Source of the DNA: an uncultured Gemmatimonadota bacterium
GTDB lineage: Bacteria; Gemmatimonadota; Gemmatimonadetes; Palauibacterales; Palauibacteraceae
Reading direction: 5' to 3'
DNA: 46,368 nt
Assembly (NCBI GenBank): GCA_964450995.1
Contig: CAYVFM010000002.1
Location: forward strand, 1-46,368
Position numbers and translations under genes: made by a program. Positions 39,598 to 46,368 of this stretch are shown here, in pieces (the stretch's first letter is position 1; each line of letters begins with the position of its first letter). Below the pieces are notes generated by a model that was not told the DNA's origin, did no database searches, and saw only the letters and a list, made by a program, of their open reading frames with translations.

Positions 39598-40574
39598 CCC
39601 GCTCCCTCGCTCGTGTCCGACGGCCCCGCTCGATCCGATCCGTCGCCCCCCGCTCCGCGTCCTCCCGGGGCGCGCCGGGCGCGCAGGGAGACCCAGACGC
39701 CGACCAGCACGGCGGCGCCGCCGGCCACGACGTGCCAGCCCGGCACCTCGTCCCGTCCGAGCACCAGCATCGCGAGGAGGGTGGCCCCCAGGGGCTCCAG
39801 GAGGACGACGACGCTCACAACATAGGCCCTGACGTGCTCGAGGGCCCAGTTGAAGCTCGTGTGGCCCATCAGCATCGGTCCCACCGCCAGGGCGACCAGC
39901 CAGCCCCAGGTGGGGGCGTCCCAGCCGGCCATCGGGAGCCCCGCCGCGGCGGCGAAGCCGGCCGACACCGCGGCGGCGACCGCGTACACCGGGACCACGT
40001 AGCTCCAGACGCCCAATCGGGCCCGGAGGCGGCGCCCCACCGTGAAGTAGAGGGCCATCAGCACGGCGCCCGCCAGGGCCAGGAGGTCCCCCGTCAGCGG
40101 GTCGGGCCCGGACCGGAAGTCCCCCCACCCCACCGCGACGGCGCCCGCCACGGCCAGGCCGATGCCGAGCCACTCCCGCCGGCCGGGCGGCTCCCGGAGC
40201 CAGAGGGCCGACAGGAGGCCCACGAAGAGCGGATGGGAGGTGACGAGCACCGTGGAGCTGGCCACGCTGGTCAGCTCCAGCGAGAGGAACCAGACGGTGA
40301 GGTGCGACCCCAGGAAGACCCCGCCCAGGGCGAGCCACCCCCAGTCGGCGGCGTCCAGGCGGCGGAGCTGGCGCCACTCGCCCGACAGCCAGAGCGGCGG
40401 CAGCAGCAGGCCCACCGAGAAGATCAGCCGCCAGGCCGCCACCGACGGCGCGGGCGCGGCCGCGAGCCGGACCAGCACGGCGGCCCACGAGACTCCGAAG
40501 AGGCCCAGGGCCAGCGCCGGCGCCGCCCGGCGGATCCCCTCCCGGGGCGCCGCCGCCGTCCCCTCCCGGCTCAC
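39594..40574 (-). CDS. EamA/DMT-superfamily transporter
   Basis: The C-terminal 326 aa of track ORF 39594..41075. About 10 TM segments arranged as two EamA-like repeats. The GTG start overlaps the DUF2064 stop (GTGA). Confidence 0.8.
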   Translation of the reverse strand: MSREGTAAAPREGIRRAAPALALGLFGVSWAAVLVRLAAAPAPSVAAWRLIFSVGLLLPPLWLSGEWRQLRRLDAADWGWLALGGVFLGSHLTVWFLSLELTSVASSTVLVTSHPLFVGLLSALWLREPPGRREWLGIGLAVAGAVAVGWGDFRSGPDPLTGDLLALAGAVLMALYFTVGRRLRARLGVWSYVVPVYAVAAAVSAGFAAAAGLPMAGWDAPTWGWLVALAVGPMLMGHTSFNWALEHVRAYVVSVVVLLEPLGATLLAMLVLGRDEVPGWHVVAGGAAVLVGVWVSLRARRAPGGRGAGGDGSDRAGPSDTSEGAG

Positions 40575-41257
40575 CCGCCGGCGGGCCCGAGGCGCTCCAG
40601 GGCCCGTGAGGTGGCGGAACCGGGCGCCGCGTCCCGACGCAGACGCTCCAGGTCGGCGGGCTCGTCCACGTCGTACCAGGCCTCGATCTCGGCCAGCTCG
40701 AGCTCCGCCTCCCGGGCCCGCTCCCGGGTCGTCGCCGCCACGTCCGGCGTGGACCAGGGGATCCGACGGAAGAGGTCGTCCGCCCCGGGCCAGGCCTCCC
40801 GCCGGAGCGCCAGCAGGTAGTACCCCCCGTCGGGCGTGGGCCCCAGGACGACGTCGGCCCCGTCCAGCGCGTCGAAGGCCTCGTCCAGCCGGTCGGGGGA
40901 CAGGGTCGGATGATCGGTGCCCAGCGCTACCGCCCGGGTCGCCCCCTCCCGGAAGGCCGCCCCGAAGGCCCGTCGCAGACGCTCCCCGAGCCCCTCCCCG
41001 GACTGGCGCCGGAGCCGGAGGTCCCGGGGGAGGCCGTCCGGCACGCCGTCCCCCTCCCCCGCGCCGGCGAGCCACAGCTCGACCCGGTCGGCCCCCGACG
41101 CCCTCGCCAGGCGGACCGTGTCGTCCAGGAACGCCCGGTAGAGCCGGGCGGCGCCCGCCTCGCCCAGCGCGGGGGCCAGGCGTGTCTTCGTCTCGCCGGG
41201 CCGGGGGACCTTGCCGAAGAGGAGGACCCGGCGCGGGGCGGCCGGATCGGAGCTCAC
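40571..41257 (-). CDS. DUF2064 / TIGR04282-family nucleotidyl- or glycosyltransferase-like protein
   Basis: The C-terminal 228 aa of track ORF 40571..41761. Contains VLLFGKVPRPGETKTRLAP, ALGTDHPTL, LGPTPDGGYYLLAL and IPWSTPDV. The GTG start overlaps the DUF885 stop (GTGA). Confidence 0.7.
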   Translation of the reverse strand: MSSDPAAPRRVLLFGKVPRPGETKTRLAPALGEAGAARLYRAFLDDTVRLARASGADRVELWLAGAGEGDGVPDGLPRDLRLRRQSGEGLGERLRRAFGAAFREGATRAVALGTDHPTLSPDRLDEAFDALDGADVVLGPTPDGGYYLLALRREAWPGADDLFRRIPWSTPDVAATTRERAREAELELAEIEAWYDVDEPADLERLRRDAAPGSATSRALERLGPAGG

Positions 41258-42876
41258 AGGAGGGGGCCGGACGCCTCGCCCAGCATCTCCCGCCGGGCCA
41301 GCGGGATCGGCGGTCCCCCCAGGGACAGGAGCCGATCGTGGAAGTCGCGCCACTCGCCGGAGGTCGACGGATCGGCCTCCCAGTCCCGACGGAGCTTCCG
41401 GATCATGAGCTTGCCCATCGTATAGTTGAGATAGCCCGGATCGAACGTCCCCCGGGCCGCCTGCTGCCGGGCGCTCCCGGCGTCCTGGTGGGCCCGTTCC
41501 CGGAAGAGCCGCTCCGCGTCGGCCACGTCCATCCGGCCGGTGTGCAGGCCCAGCGCCGCCAGGAACCGGGCGTTCCGCTGGAGCGCGCTCACCAGCATCC
41601 CCACCTCCGTGGCGGGCCCACCGTCGTCCAGGCCCGCCTCCCAGCAGAGCTCCTCGGTGTAGTGGGCCCAGCCCTCGGCGAAGCCGTAGCCCACGAAGTG
41701 GCGCCCGAGCCGGGAGGGGCAGGCGTGCGCGTGGAGGAACTGGAGGAAGTGCCCGGGCCACACCTCGTGCAGCGAGATGAAGAGGAGCTCGTGGCGCGAG
41801 GGCAGGTAGTCCTCCTTCTCCACGTCCGACCAGGACTCGTCGGGCGGGGTGATGAAGTAGGTGGCCGGCATGTCGCCGTCGAAGACACCCGGGATGTCGA
41901 TCTGGGCCAGGTTCCAGCGGAGGTACGGGGGCGAGACGTCCACCTCGGCCGTGCCGCCCTCGGGGATGCTGACCAGGCCGCGCTCCCGGACGAACCGCTC
42001 CAGCCGGTCCACCTGGCGGCGGGCCTCCTCCACCGGCGACCCCCGGGGCTTCTCGGCCCGCATCCGCCCGATGGCCTCCTCCACCCCGTCACACCCCATC
42101 CGGGCGCACGCCTCCTCCAGGGCCGCCTCGTTCCGCTCCAGGTCCTCCCGGGCCACCTCCCGGAGCCGGTCCAGGGAGACGTCCACCCGCTCGGTGGCCC
42201 AGAGCATCTCCTCCAGGAGGTCCGCTCCCAGGGCGTAGCCGTCCTCGGCCGGGCGCTGGTCGTCGAGCCAGCCCACCAGCCCCTCCATCGCCCCGGCCGC
42301 CTCCTCCAGGGCTTCCTCGAAGCTCCGCCGGAGGGACCGGTCCTCCACCTCGGCGAAGGCGCCCAGGACGTCGCCCCGGTAGTACTCCGCCAGCCCCCCG
42401 AAGGCCGTCCTCCCCAGCCGGAGATAGGTCTCGGGCAGGGGCGGGGTCAGGTTGGTGCGGATCTGGTCCACCGCCCGGGGCACCGCCCGGGCGTAGCGCG
42501 TGAACGCCCGCATCCGCTCGGCCGGTGGGGCGTAGGGCCGCAGGACGTAGACCTGGGGGTTGAGCCCGGGGACGTAATGGATGGGGTTCCGGTCGGGCCA
42601 GCGGGCCTTCTCGAGCCAGAAGAGCTCGCGGTCGATCTCGGCGACGAGATAGCTCCGTTCGAACCGCCTGCTTTCGTCCAGCTCCTCAGGAGCGAAGGCG
42701 CGGGCCCGGCGTCGGGCGTCCCGGAGCCTCTCGCGCTCGTCCCGCAGGCCGGAGCGGCTCCAGTCCGGGAGGCGGCCGTCGTGCTCGTGCAGGCCCTCGG
42801 CGACCGCCTGGTGGGGGCGGGCTTCGAGGTGCCGGTCGACGAACCCGTCGACGAATCCGTCCCACGCCTCGGACAA
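41254..42876 (-). CDS. DUF885 family protein (gluzincin-like HExxPGH motif), no signal peptide
   Basis: 540 aa with SLHEVWPGHFLQ and NYTMGKLMI typical of DUF885. TTG start lies 12 nt after the lipoprotein stop. Confidence 0.75.
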   Translation of the reverse strand: MSEAWDGFVDGFVDRHLEARPHQAVAEGLHEHDGRLPDWSRSGLRDERERLRDARRRARAFAPEELDESRRFERSYLVAEIDRELFWLEKARWPDRNPIHYVPGLNPQVYVLRPYAPPAERMRAFTRYARAVPRAVDQIRTNLTPPLPETYLRLGRTAFGGLAEYYRGDVLGAFAEVEDRSLRRSFEEALEEAAGAMEGLVGWLDDQRPAEDGYALGADLLEEMLWATERVDVSLDRLREVAREDLERNEAALEEACARMGCDGVEEAIGRMRAEKPRGSPVEEARRQVDRLERFVRERGLVSIPEGGTAEVDVSPPYLRWNLAQIDIPGVFDGDMPATYFITPPDESWSDVEKEDYLPSRHELLFISLHEVWPGHFLQFLHAHACPSRLGRHFVGYGFAEGWAHYTEELCWEAGLDDGGPATEVGMLVSALQRNARFLAALGLHTGRMDVADAERLFRERAHQDAGSARQQAARGTFDPGYLNYTMGKLMIRKLRRDWEADPSTSGEWRDFHDRLLSLGGPPIPLARREMLGEASGPLL

Positions 42877-42888
42877 GGCGGCCCCGGG

Positions 42889-43326
42889 CTAGTGTCTCGT
42901 CTCGACGACCAGCACGCCGTGCTGGCTGCCCATCCCGTAGCGCGATCCGGCCTGACCGGGCCGGAGGATCTCCACTCGCTGGACCGACGACAGCTCCAGG
43001 TCGCGGAGGATGTCGGGGATGCCCCTCTCCATCCGGACCCCGTCCAGCACCATGATCATGGGCTCGGGCGCGCCGGTGAGGAAGTCCCGACCCGAGCCCC
43101 GGTCGCCCAGGACCACCACCTCCTCGCCGGTGCTACCGCGCACCATCTCGAGCGACGGGTGGTTCTTCAGGACGTCGTAGAGGTTGTCCTGGCTGACCCC
43201 GGCCAGCTCCTCCTGCGTCAGGACGGTGTCCGAGAGGCCGCCCCCGCCGCGGCCGGCGGCGCTGGCACAGCCCGCCAGCAGGAGGACGAGGAGCGGGAGG
43301 GCCGCGAGCGAGGGGGATCGTCGCAT
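42889..43326 (-). CDS. Small lipoprotein with TonB-dependent-receptor Plug-like domain
   Basis: 145 aa from ATG 43326: MRRSPSLAALPLLVLLLAGC (lipobox), then LYDVLKNHPSLEMVRG, MIMVLDGVRM and VQRVEILRPGQAGSRYG..HGVLVVETR, which resemble a Plug domain. The track's longer start (43461) and an internal TTG at 43407-43405 (following GGGGGGAG) are alternatives. Confidence 0.65.
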   Translation of the reverse strand: MRRSPSLAALPLLVLLLAGCASAAGRGGGGLSDTVLTQEELAGVSQDNLYDVLKNHPSLEMVRGSTGEEVVVLGDRGSGRDFLTGAPEPMIMVLDGVRMERGIPDILRDLELSSVQRVEILRPGQAGSRYGMGSQHGVLVVETRH

Positions 43327-43368
43327 GACGGTGGATCCGGATTCGTGCGGGCGGAGCGTGCGCGTCGA

Positions 43369-43391
43369 GCGCCGACTAAGGTAGTCGACGC
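43369..43391. promoter_or_regulatory. Imperfect 23-bp palindrome GCGCCGACTA-agg-TAGTCGACGC upstream of the Plug lipoprotein operon
   Basis: 10-bp arms with one mismatch; the core CGACTA-agg-TAGTCG is perfect. It overlaps a possible TTGCGG-N18-TACCTT promoter on the minus strand. Confidence 0.25.
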
Positions 43392-43435
43392 CGCGCGGGC
43401 CCCGCAACGGCTCCCCCCGTGGCGAGAATCCACCG

Positions 43436-43459
43436 GGCCGGGCGGGTGGCGGCCCGGCC
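43436..43459 (-). terminator. GC hairpin 10 nt downstream of the ctp stop (GGCCGGGC-N8-GCCCGGCC)
   Basis: An 8-bp perfect stem with an 8-nt loop. On the minus strand it is followed by CGGTGGATTCTCG. There is no clean U tract. Confidence 0.35.
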
Positions 43460-43468
43460 ATCGGCCGT

Positions 43469-45136
43469 TCAGTCGCCGCCGGAGCCGTCCGCGCCGCCCG
43501 AGGGGGGGCTCGCGGCGGCCGACGGCTCGGGCCGCTCCGACGCCAGGGCCAGCAGCTCGCCGGTGTCCCCGGCCCGCCGGAGGAGCGCCAGGGCCCGGCT
43601 CACCTGCCGGTCCGCCCGCTGGACGCGCTGGAGGCGGACCTCCTCGCCGAACGCGGCCCGTGCGACCTCCTGGCCCAGCAGCCAGTTCACGTAGCCCCGG
43701 GCGTCGCGGTAGAGCTCGCGGTCCACCTCACCGTCGGCGGCCTCGTCCAGCCGCTCGCGGAAGGCGGACCGCATCTCCTCGGTGACGGCGAAGTCCTGCT
43801 CCAGCTCCGGGTGGTCCTTGCTCCACTCGACGGCGAACTGGAAGGCCACCTCCGAGAGGGCCACGCCCTGCTCGGAGAGGCTGGACCGCAGGAGCTGCTC
43901 CCGGCTGGTCAGCGTGTCGGGCATGACGATGACGTCGGGCGTGATCCCCCCGCCGCCGTAGACCGTGCGTCCCGAGGCCGTCTGGTACGTCTCCCGGCCC
44001 GCCGTGTCGACCCGCGTGGCGATGGGCGAGCCGCCCATGGCCACGGCCTGCCTCGCGATCTGGCTCTCGGTGTCGTGGGGCTTCTGGATGGAGCGTCCGC
44101 TGGGCGTGTACCAGCGGCCCGTGGTGAGCTTCAGGTAGTTGCCCGCCGGGAGCCGGAAGAGGGACTGCACCGACCCCTTGCCGAAGGTCGCCGTCCCCAG
44201 GATCAGCGCCCGATCCTGGTCCTGGAGCGCACCGGCCACGATCTCGGAGGCGCTGGCGCTGTAGCCGTTCACCAGCACCGCCAGCGGGAGGCCCTCGAAG
44301 GTCTCCGGGTCCGGCGCCGTGTAGGTCTCGTTCTCGCTCTCCACCCGGGAGCGGGTGCTGACGACCTCGGTCCCGCTGGGGAGGAACAGGTCGGAGACCG
44401 CCACGCCCTGGTCCAGGAGGCCGCCGGGGTTGCCCCGGAGGTCCAGGACCAGCGACCGGGCGCCCCGGTCGCGCAGGCCCTGGATCGCGTCCCCCAGCTC
44501 GGTGTCGGCGTTCTCGCTGAAGGGATCGAGCCTCACGTACCCGACGCCGTCCTCCATCATGAAGGCGGTGACCGCCTCCACGTGGATCGCGTCCCGGGTG
44601 ATGGTGAAGGCCAGCGGCTTGTCCGATCCGACCCGGGCCACGGTGATCTGCACCTCGGAGCCCTTCTCGCCCCGGAGGACGTTCACCGCCTTCGTGGTAC
44701 TCCACCCCTCGGCCGACTCGCCCTCCACCTGGAGGATGCGGTCGCCCGTCTGGAGCCCCTTCCGCTCGGCCGGCGTGTTGGGGAGGACGCCCACCACGGT
44801 GATCCAGCCGTCCTGCGAGGCGATTCGGATGCCCAGCCCGCCGTAGTTGCCGGTGGTGCTGAGCCGGAGCTGCTCGACCTCCTGGGGGTCCAGGAAGCTG
44901 GAGTAGGGATCGCCCAGCTCCCGCAGCATCCCGTCGATGGCCATCTGGTACAGCTCGCCCGGCTCGATGTCCTCGACGTAGCGCTCGGCCACGATCTGGT
45001 GGACCCGCTCCAGCAGCTTCTGCTTGAAGTAGGGGCTCTCTGCGTCCCCCCCTCCCTGCTGGAGCAGCCAGCCGCCGGTGGTGAGGGCGATGAGGGCCAC
45101 GGCCAGGGCCGGGATCCAGGAGCGCTTCAACCTCAT
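43469..45136 (-). CDS. ctp: S41 family C-terminal processing (tail-specific) peptidase with PDZ domain
   Basis: 555 aa. N-terminal TM anchor, PDZ (GGLGIRIASQDGWITVVGVLPNTPAERKGLQTGDRILQVEG), and S41 catalytic region (LDLRGNPGG, VLVNGYSASASEIVAGALQD, GKGSVQ). GGAGGA lies upstream of the ATG. Confidence 0.93.
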   Translation of the reverse strand: MRLKRSWIPALAVALIALTTGGWLLQQGGGDAESPYFKQKLLERVHQIVAERYVEDIEPGELYQMAIDGMLRELGDPYSSFLDPQEVEQLRLSTTGNYGGLGIRIASQDGWITVVGVLPNTPAERKGLQTGDRILQVEGESAEGWSTTKAVNVLRGEKGSEVQITVARVGSDKPLAFTITRDAIHVEAVTAFMMEDGVGYVRLDPFSENADTELGDAIQGLRDRGARSLVLDLRGNPGGLLDQGVAVSDLFLPSGTEVVSTRSRVESENETYTAPDPETFEGLPLAVLVNGYSASASEIVAGALQDQDRALILGTATFGKGSVQSLFRLPAGNYLKLTTGRWYTPSGRSIQKPHDTESQIARQAVAMGGSPIATRVDTAGRETYQTASGRTVYGGGGITPDVIVMPDTLTSREQLLRSSLSEQGVALSEVAFQFAVEWSKDHPELEQDFAVTEEMRSAFRERLDEAADGEVDRELYRDARGYVNWLLGQEVARAAFGEEVRLQRVQRADRQVSRALALLRRAGDTGELLALASERPEPSAAASPPSGGADGSGGD

Positions 45137-45219
45137 GGGTCCTCCGGAACGCGGGATGGAGATCGTCGTCGGGGCGGAGCCCCGGCGTCGGCTTCTATGA
45201 ACCCGTCCGAACCCCGAAT

Positions 45220-45246
45220 GTTTCCCGGGGCTCCACGTTTCCCGGG
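45220..45246. repeat. Direct repeat GTTTCCCGGG x2 (17-nt period) within two tandem 5-bp-stem hairpins
   Basis: Repeat copies at 45220-45229 and 45237-45246. Hairpins are CCCCG-N9-CGGGG (45212-45230) and GCTCC-N10-GGAGC (45230-45249). The element lies between the tmk stop and the ctp start. Confidence 0.4.
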
Positions 45247-45250
45247 AGCA

Positions 45251-45904
45251 TCAGGCCCCGGGGAACAGCTCCGGCCACCGGGCGGACAGCTCCCCGAGGA
45301 TCCGCTCTTCCACCTCCTCCGGGCGGCCCGAGCCGTCCACGGCCACCACGCCCTCCTCCTCCCGGGCGAGGCGCCGGTAGGCGCGGTCCACCGCTCCGTG
45401 GAAGGCCTCCCCGGCGCCCTCCATGCGGTCGGTCCGCTCCCCTTCCCGGCGCCGGCGCGCCTCGTCGGGCTCCACCAGCAGGAGGAGCGTCAGGTCGGGC
45501 CGGAGGCCGTCGGTGGCGAAGCGATTCAGCCGCCGGACGCGCTCCAGGCCGAGCCCCCGAGCGAGCCCCTGGTAGGCGAAGGTCGAGAGCTCGTAGCGGT
45601 CGGCCAGGACCACCTCGCCCCGCTCCAGGGCCGGGCGGACGCTCCGGCGGACGAACTCGGCCCGGGCGGCCAGCATGAGGAGGAGCTCGGTCCGGGGGTC
45701 CAGCTCCAGGCCGGGGTCGAGGACGACGTCCCGGATCCGCTCGCCGGCGTCGGTGCCGCCGGGCTCCCTCGCCAGCCGGTGCTCGACCCCGGACGCCTCC
45801 AGCCGCCGGGCCAGCCGCCGGGCCTGCGTGCTCTTGCCCGAGGCCTCGACGCCCTCGAACACCAGGAACAGGCCGTCCGGCCCGCCGCGCTCCTCAGGCG
45901 TCAC
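45251..45904 (-). CDS. tmk: dTMP (thymidylate) kinase
   Basis: 217 aa. P-loop FLVFEGVEASGKSTQ, with DRY and LID-region arginines. GTG start. Confidence 0.93.
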   Translation of the reverse strand: MTPEERGGPDGLFLVFEGVEASGKSTQARRLARRLEASGVEHRLAREPGGTDAGERIRDVVLDPGLELDPRTELLLMLAARAEFVRRSVRPALERGEVVLADRYELSTFAYQGLARGLGLERVRRLNRFATDGLRPDLTLLLLVEPDEARRRREGERTDRMEGAGEAFHGAVDRAYRRLAREEEGVVAVDGSGRPEEVEERILGELSARWPELFPGA

Positions 45905-45943
45905 CGCGGCCGCTCCGACCCGGGCGGGCCCGCCGGGGCGGGG

Positions 45944-46368
45944 CTACTGGTAGCCCCCGTAATATTCGGTCCCCAGGTGGGTGATCTCCTCCTCCCCCGC
46001 CATCCACCGGAGCGTGTTCTTCAGCTTCCAGTGCTGGATGAAGAGGTCGTGCTCGGGGTAGAGGTCCTCGGCCACCTGCGGGCTCTTGAAGTAGAAGGAG
46101 AGCCACTCCTGGATCCCGTTCATGTCGGCCCGATCCGCCAGGTCCAGGAAGAGCGCCAGGTCCAGCACGATCGGAGCCGCCAGGATGGAGTCCTTGCAGA
46201 GGAAGTCGATCTTGATCTGCATCGGATAGCCCATCCACCCGAAGATGTCGATGTTGTCCCAGCCCTCCTTGTCGTCGCCCCGGGGCGGGTAGTAGTTGAT
46301 CCGTACCTTGTGATAGTAGTCCTCGTACAGGTCCGGGTAGACGTCGGGCTGGAGGATGTAGTCCAGGA
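45944..46368 (-). CDS. ino1: Inositol-3-phosphate (myo-inositol-1-phosphate) synthase, C-terminal 141 codons (5' end beyond the window)
   Basis: Track ORF 45944..46234 extends in frame to the window edge: ...LDYILQPDVYPDLYEDYYHKVRINYYPPRGDDKEGWDNIDIFGWMGYPMQIKIDFLCKDSILAAPIVLDLALFLDLA...LSFYFKSP. This is typical of the MIPS C-terminal region. Confidence 0.85.
   Translation of the reverse strand, partial: LDYILQPDVYPDLYEDYYHKVRINYYPPRGDDKEGWDNIDIFGWMGYPMQIKIDFLCKDSILAAPIVLDLALFLDLADRADMNGIQEWLSFYFKSPQVAEDLYPEHDLFIQHWKLKNTLRWMAGEEEITHLGTEYYGGYQ

Noticed and set aside
39815-39820. Additional Rex half-sites (TCACAA at 39815-39820; TTGTGA at 46308-46313)
   Set aside because: Both lie inside coding sequence and lack the partner half-site at the N4 spacing.
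43327-43461. Tat-type signal (SRRS) in the longer version of the lipoprotein ORF
   Set aside because: The RR pair is about 20 residues upstream of the hydrophobic core and lacks the F-L-K context. The short MRRSPS...LLLAGC form is a canonical Sec/lipoprotein signal.
40162-43785. 1207-aa plus-strand ORF
   Set aside because: It is antisense to EamA, DUF2064, DUF885, the lipoprotein and the ctp 3' end. Same reasoning as above.

Overview
This is a very GC-rich (roughly 70% by eye), gene-dense stretch of what looks like core bacterial chromosome. I support 44 protein-coding genes, two of them truncated at the window edges. I recognise no rRNA, tRNA, CRISPR array, transposase, integrase or prophage gene. 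The lipobox lipoprotein with a TonB-plug fold suggests a diderm. The lineage cannot be assigned from sequence alone; a Gemmatimonadota-like high-GC group is only a guess.

About 80% of the genes lie on the minus strand in long co-directional arrays:
- prmA ... rsmE-HIT-mutS2-dnaG-(COG1579 zinc ribbon)-recJ-rsmD-coaD-pta-rsbV/W/U-like-rsmA
- rex-(arginine deiminase-like)-exonuclease-MBL-thiolase-bioY-CPBP-hbd-acd-leucine DH-glyA-yigZ
- ino1-tmk-ctp
- (Plug lipoprotein)-DUF885-DUF2064-EamA-asparaginase II-CMD
- obg-dprA-dnaJ

The plus strand carries only a pentose-phosphate operon (tkt-rpiB-fused tal/pgi-DUF389) and one orphan 147-aa gene wedged between prmA and rsmE. Thirteen gene junctions are 4-nt ATGA/GTGA/TTGA start/stop overlaps.

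The ORF track writes GTG and TTG starts as M and always takes the longest ORF. Many track entries therefore carry spurious N-terminal extensions, and several kb-long Arg/Pro/Gly/Ala-rich ORFs are off-frame or antisense artefacts of the GC content.

I do not see an obvious novel defence, mobile or biosynthetic system. The observations most worth follow-up are:
- a perfect Rex operator on a good sigma70-type promoter, heading a ~12 kb array
- an orphan partner-switching module whose RsbW-type kinase carries a degenerate receiver-like N-domain
- a translationally coupled six-gene operon made mostly of domains of unknown function
- an opposite-strand orphan gene inside the prmA-rsmE pair
- two genes whose homology-supported N-termini lie upstream of any ATG/GTG/TTG
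- a few AT-containing palindromes and repeats in intergenic DNA
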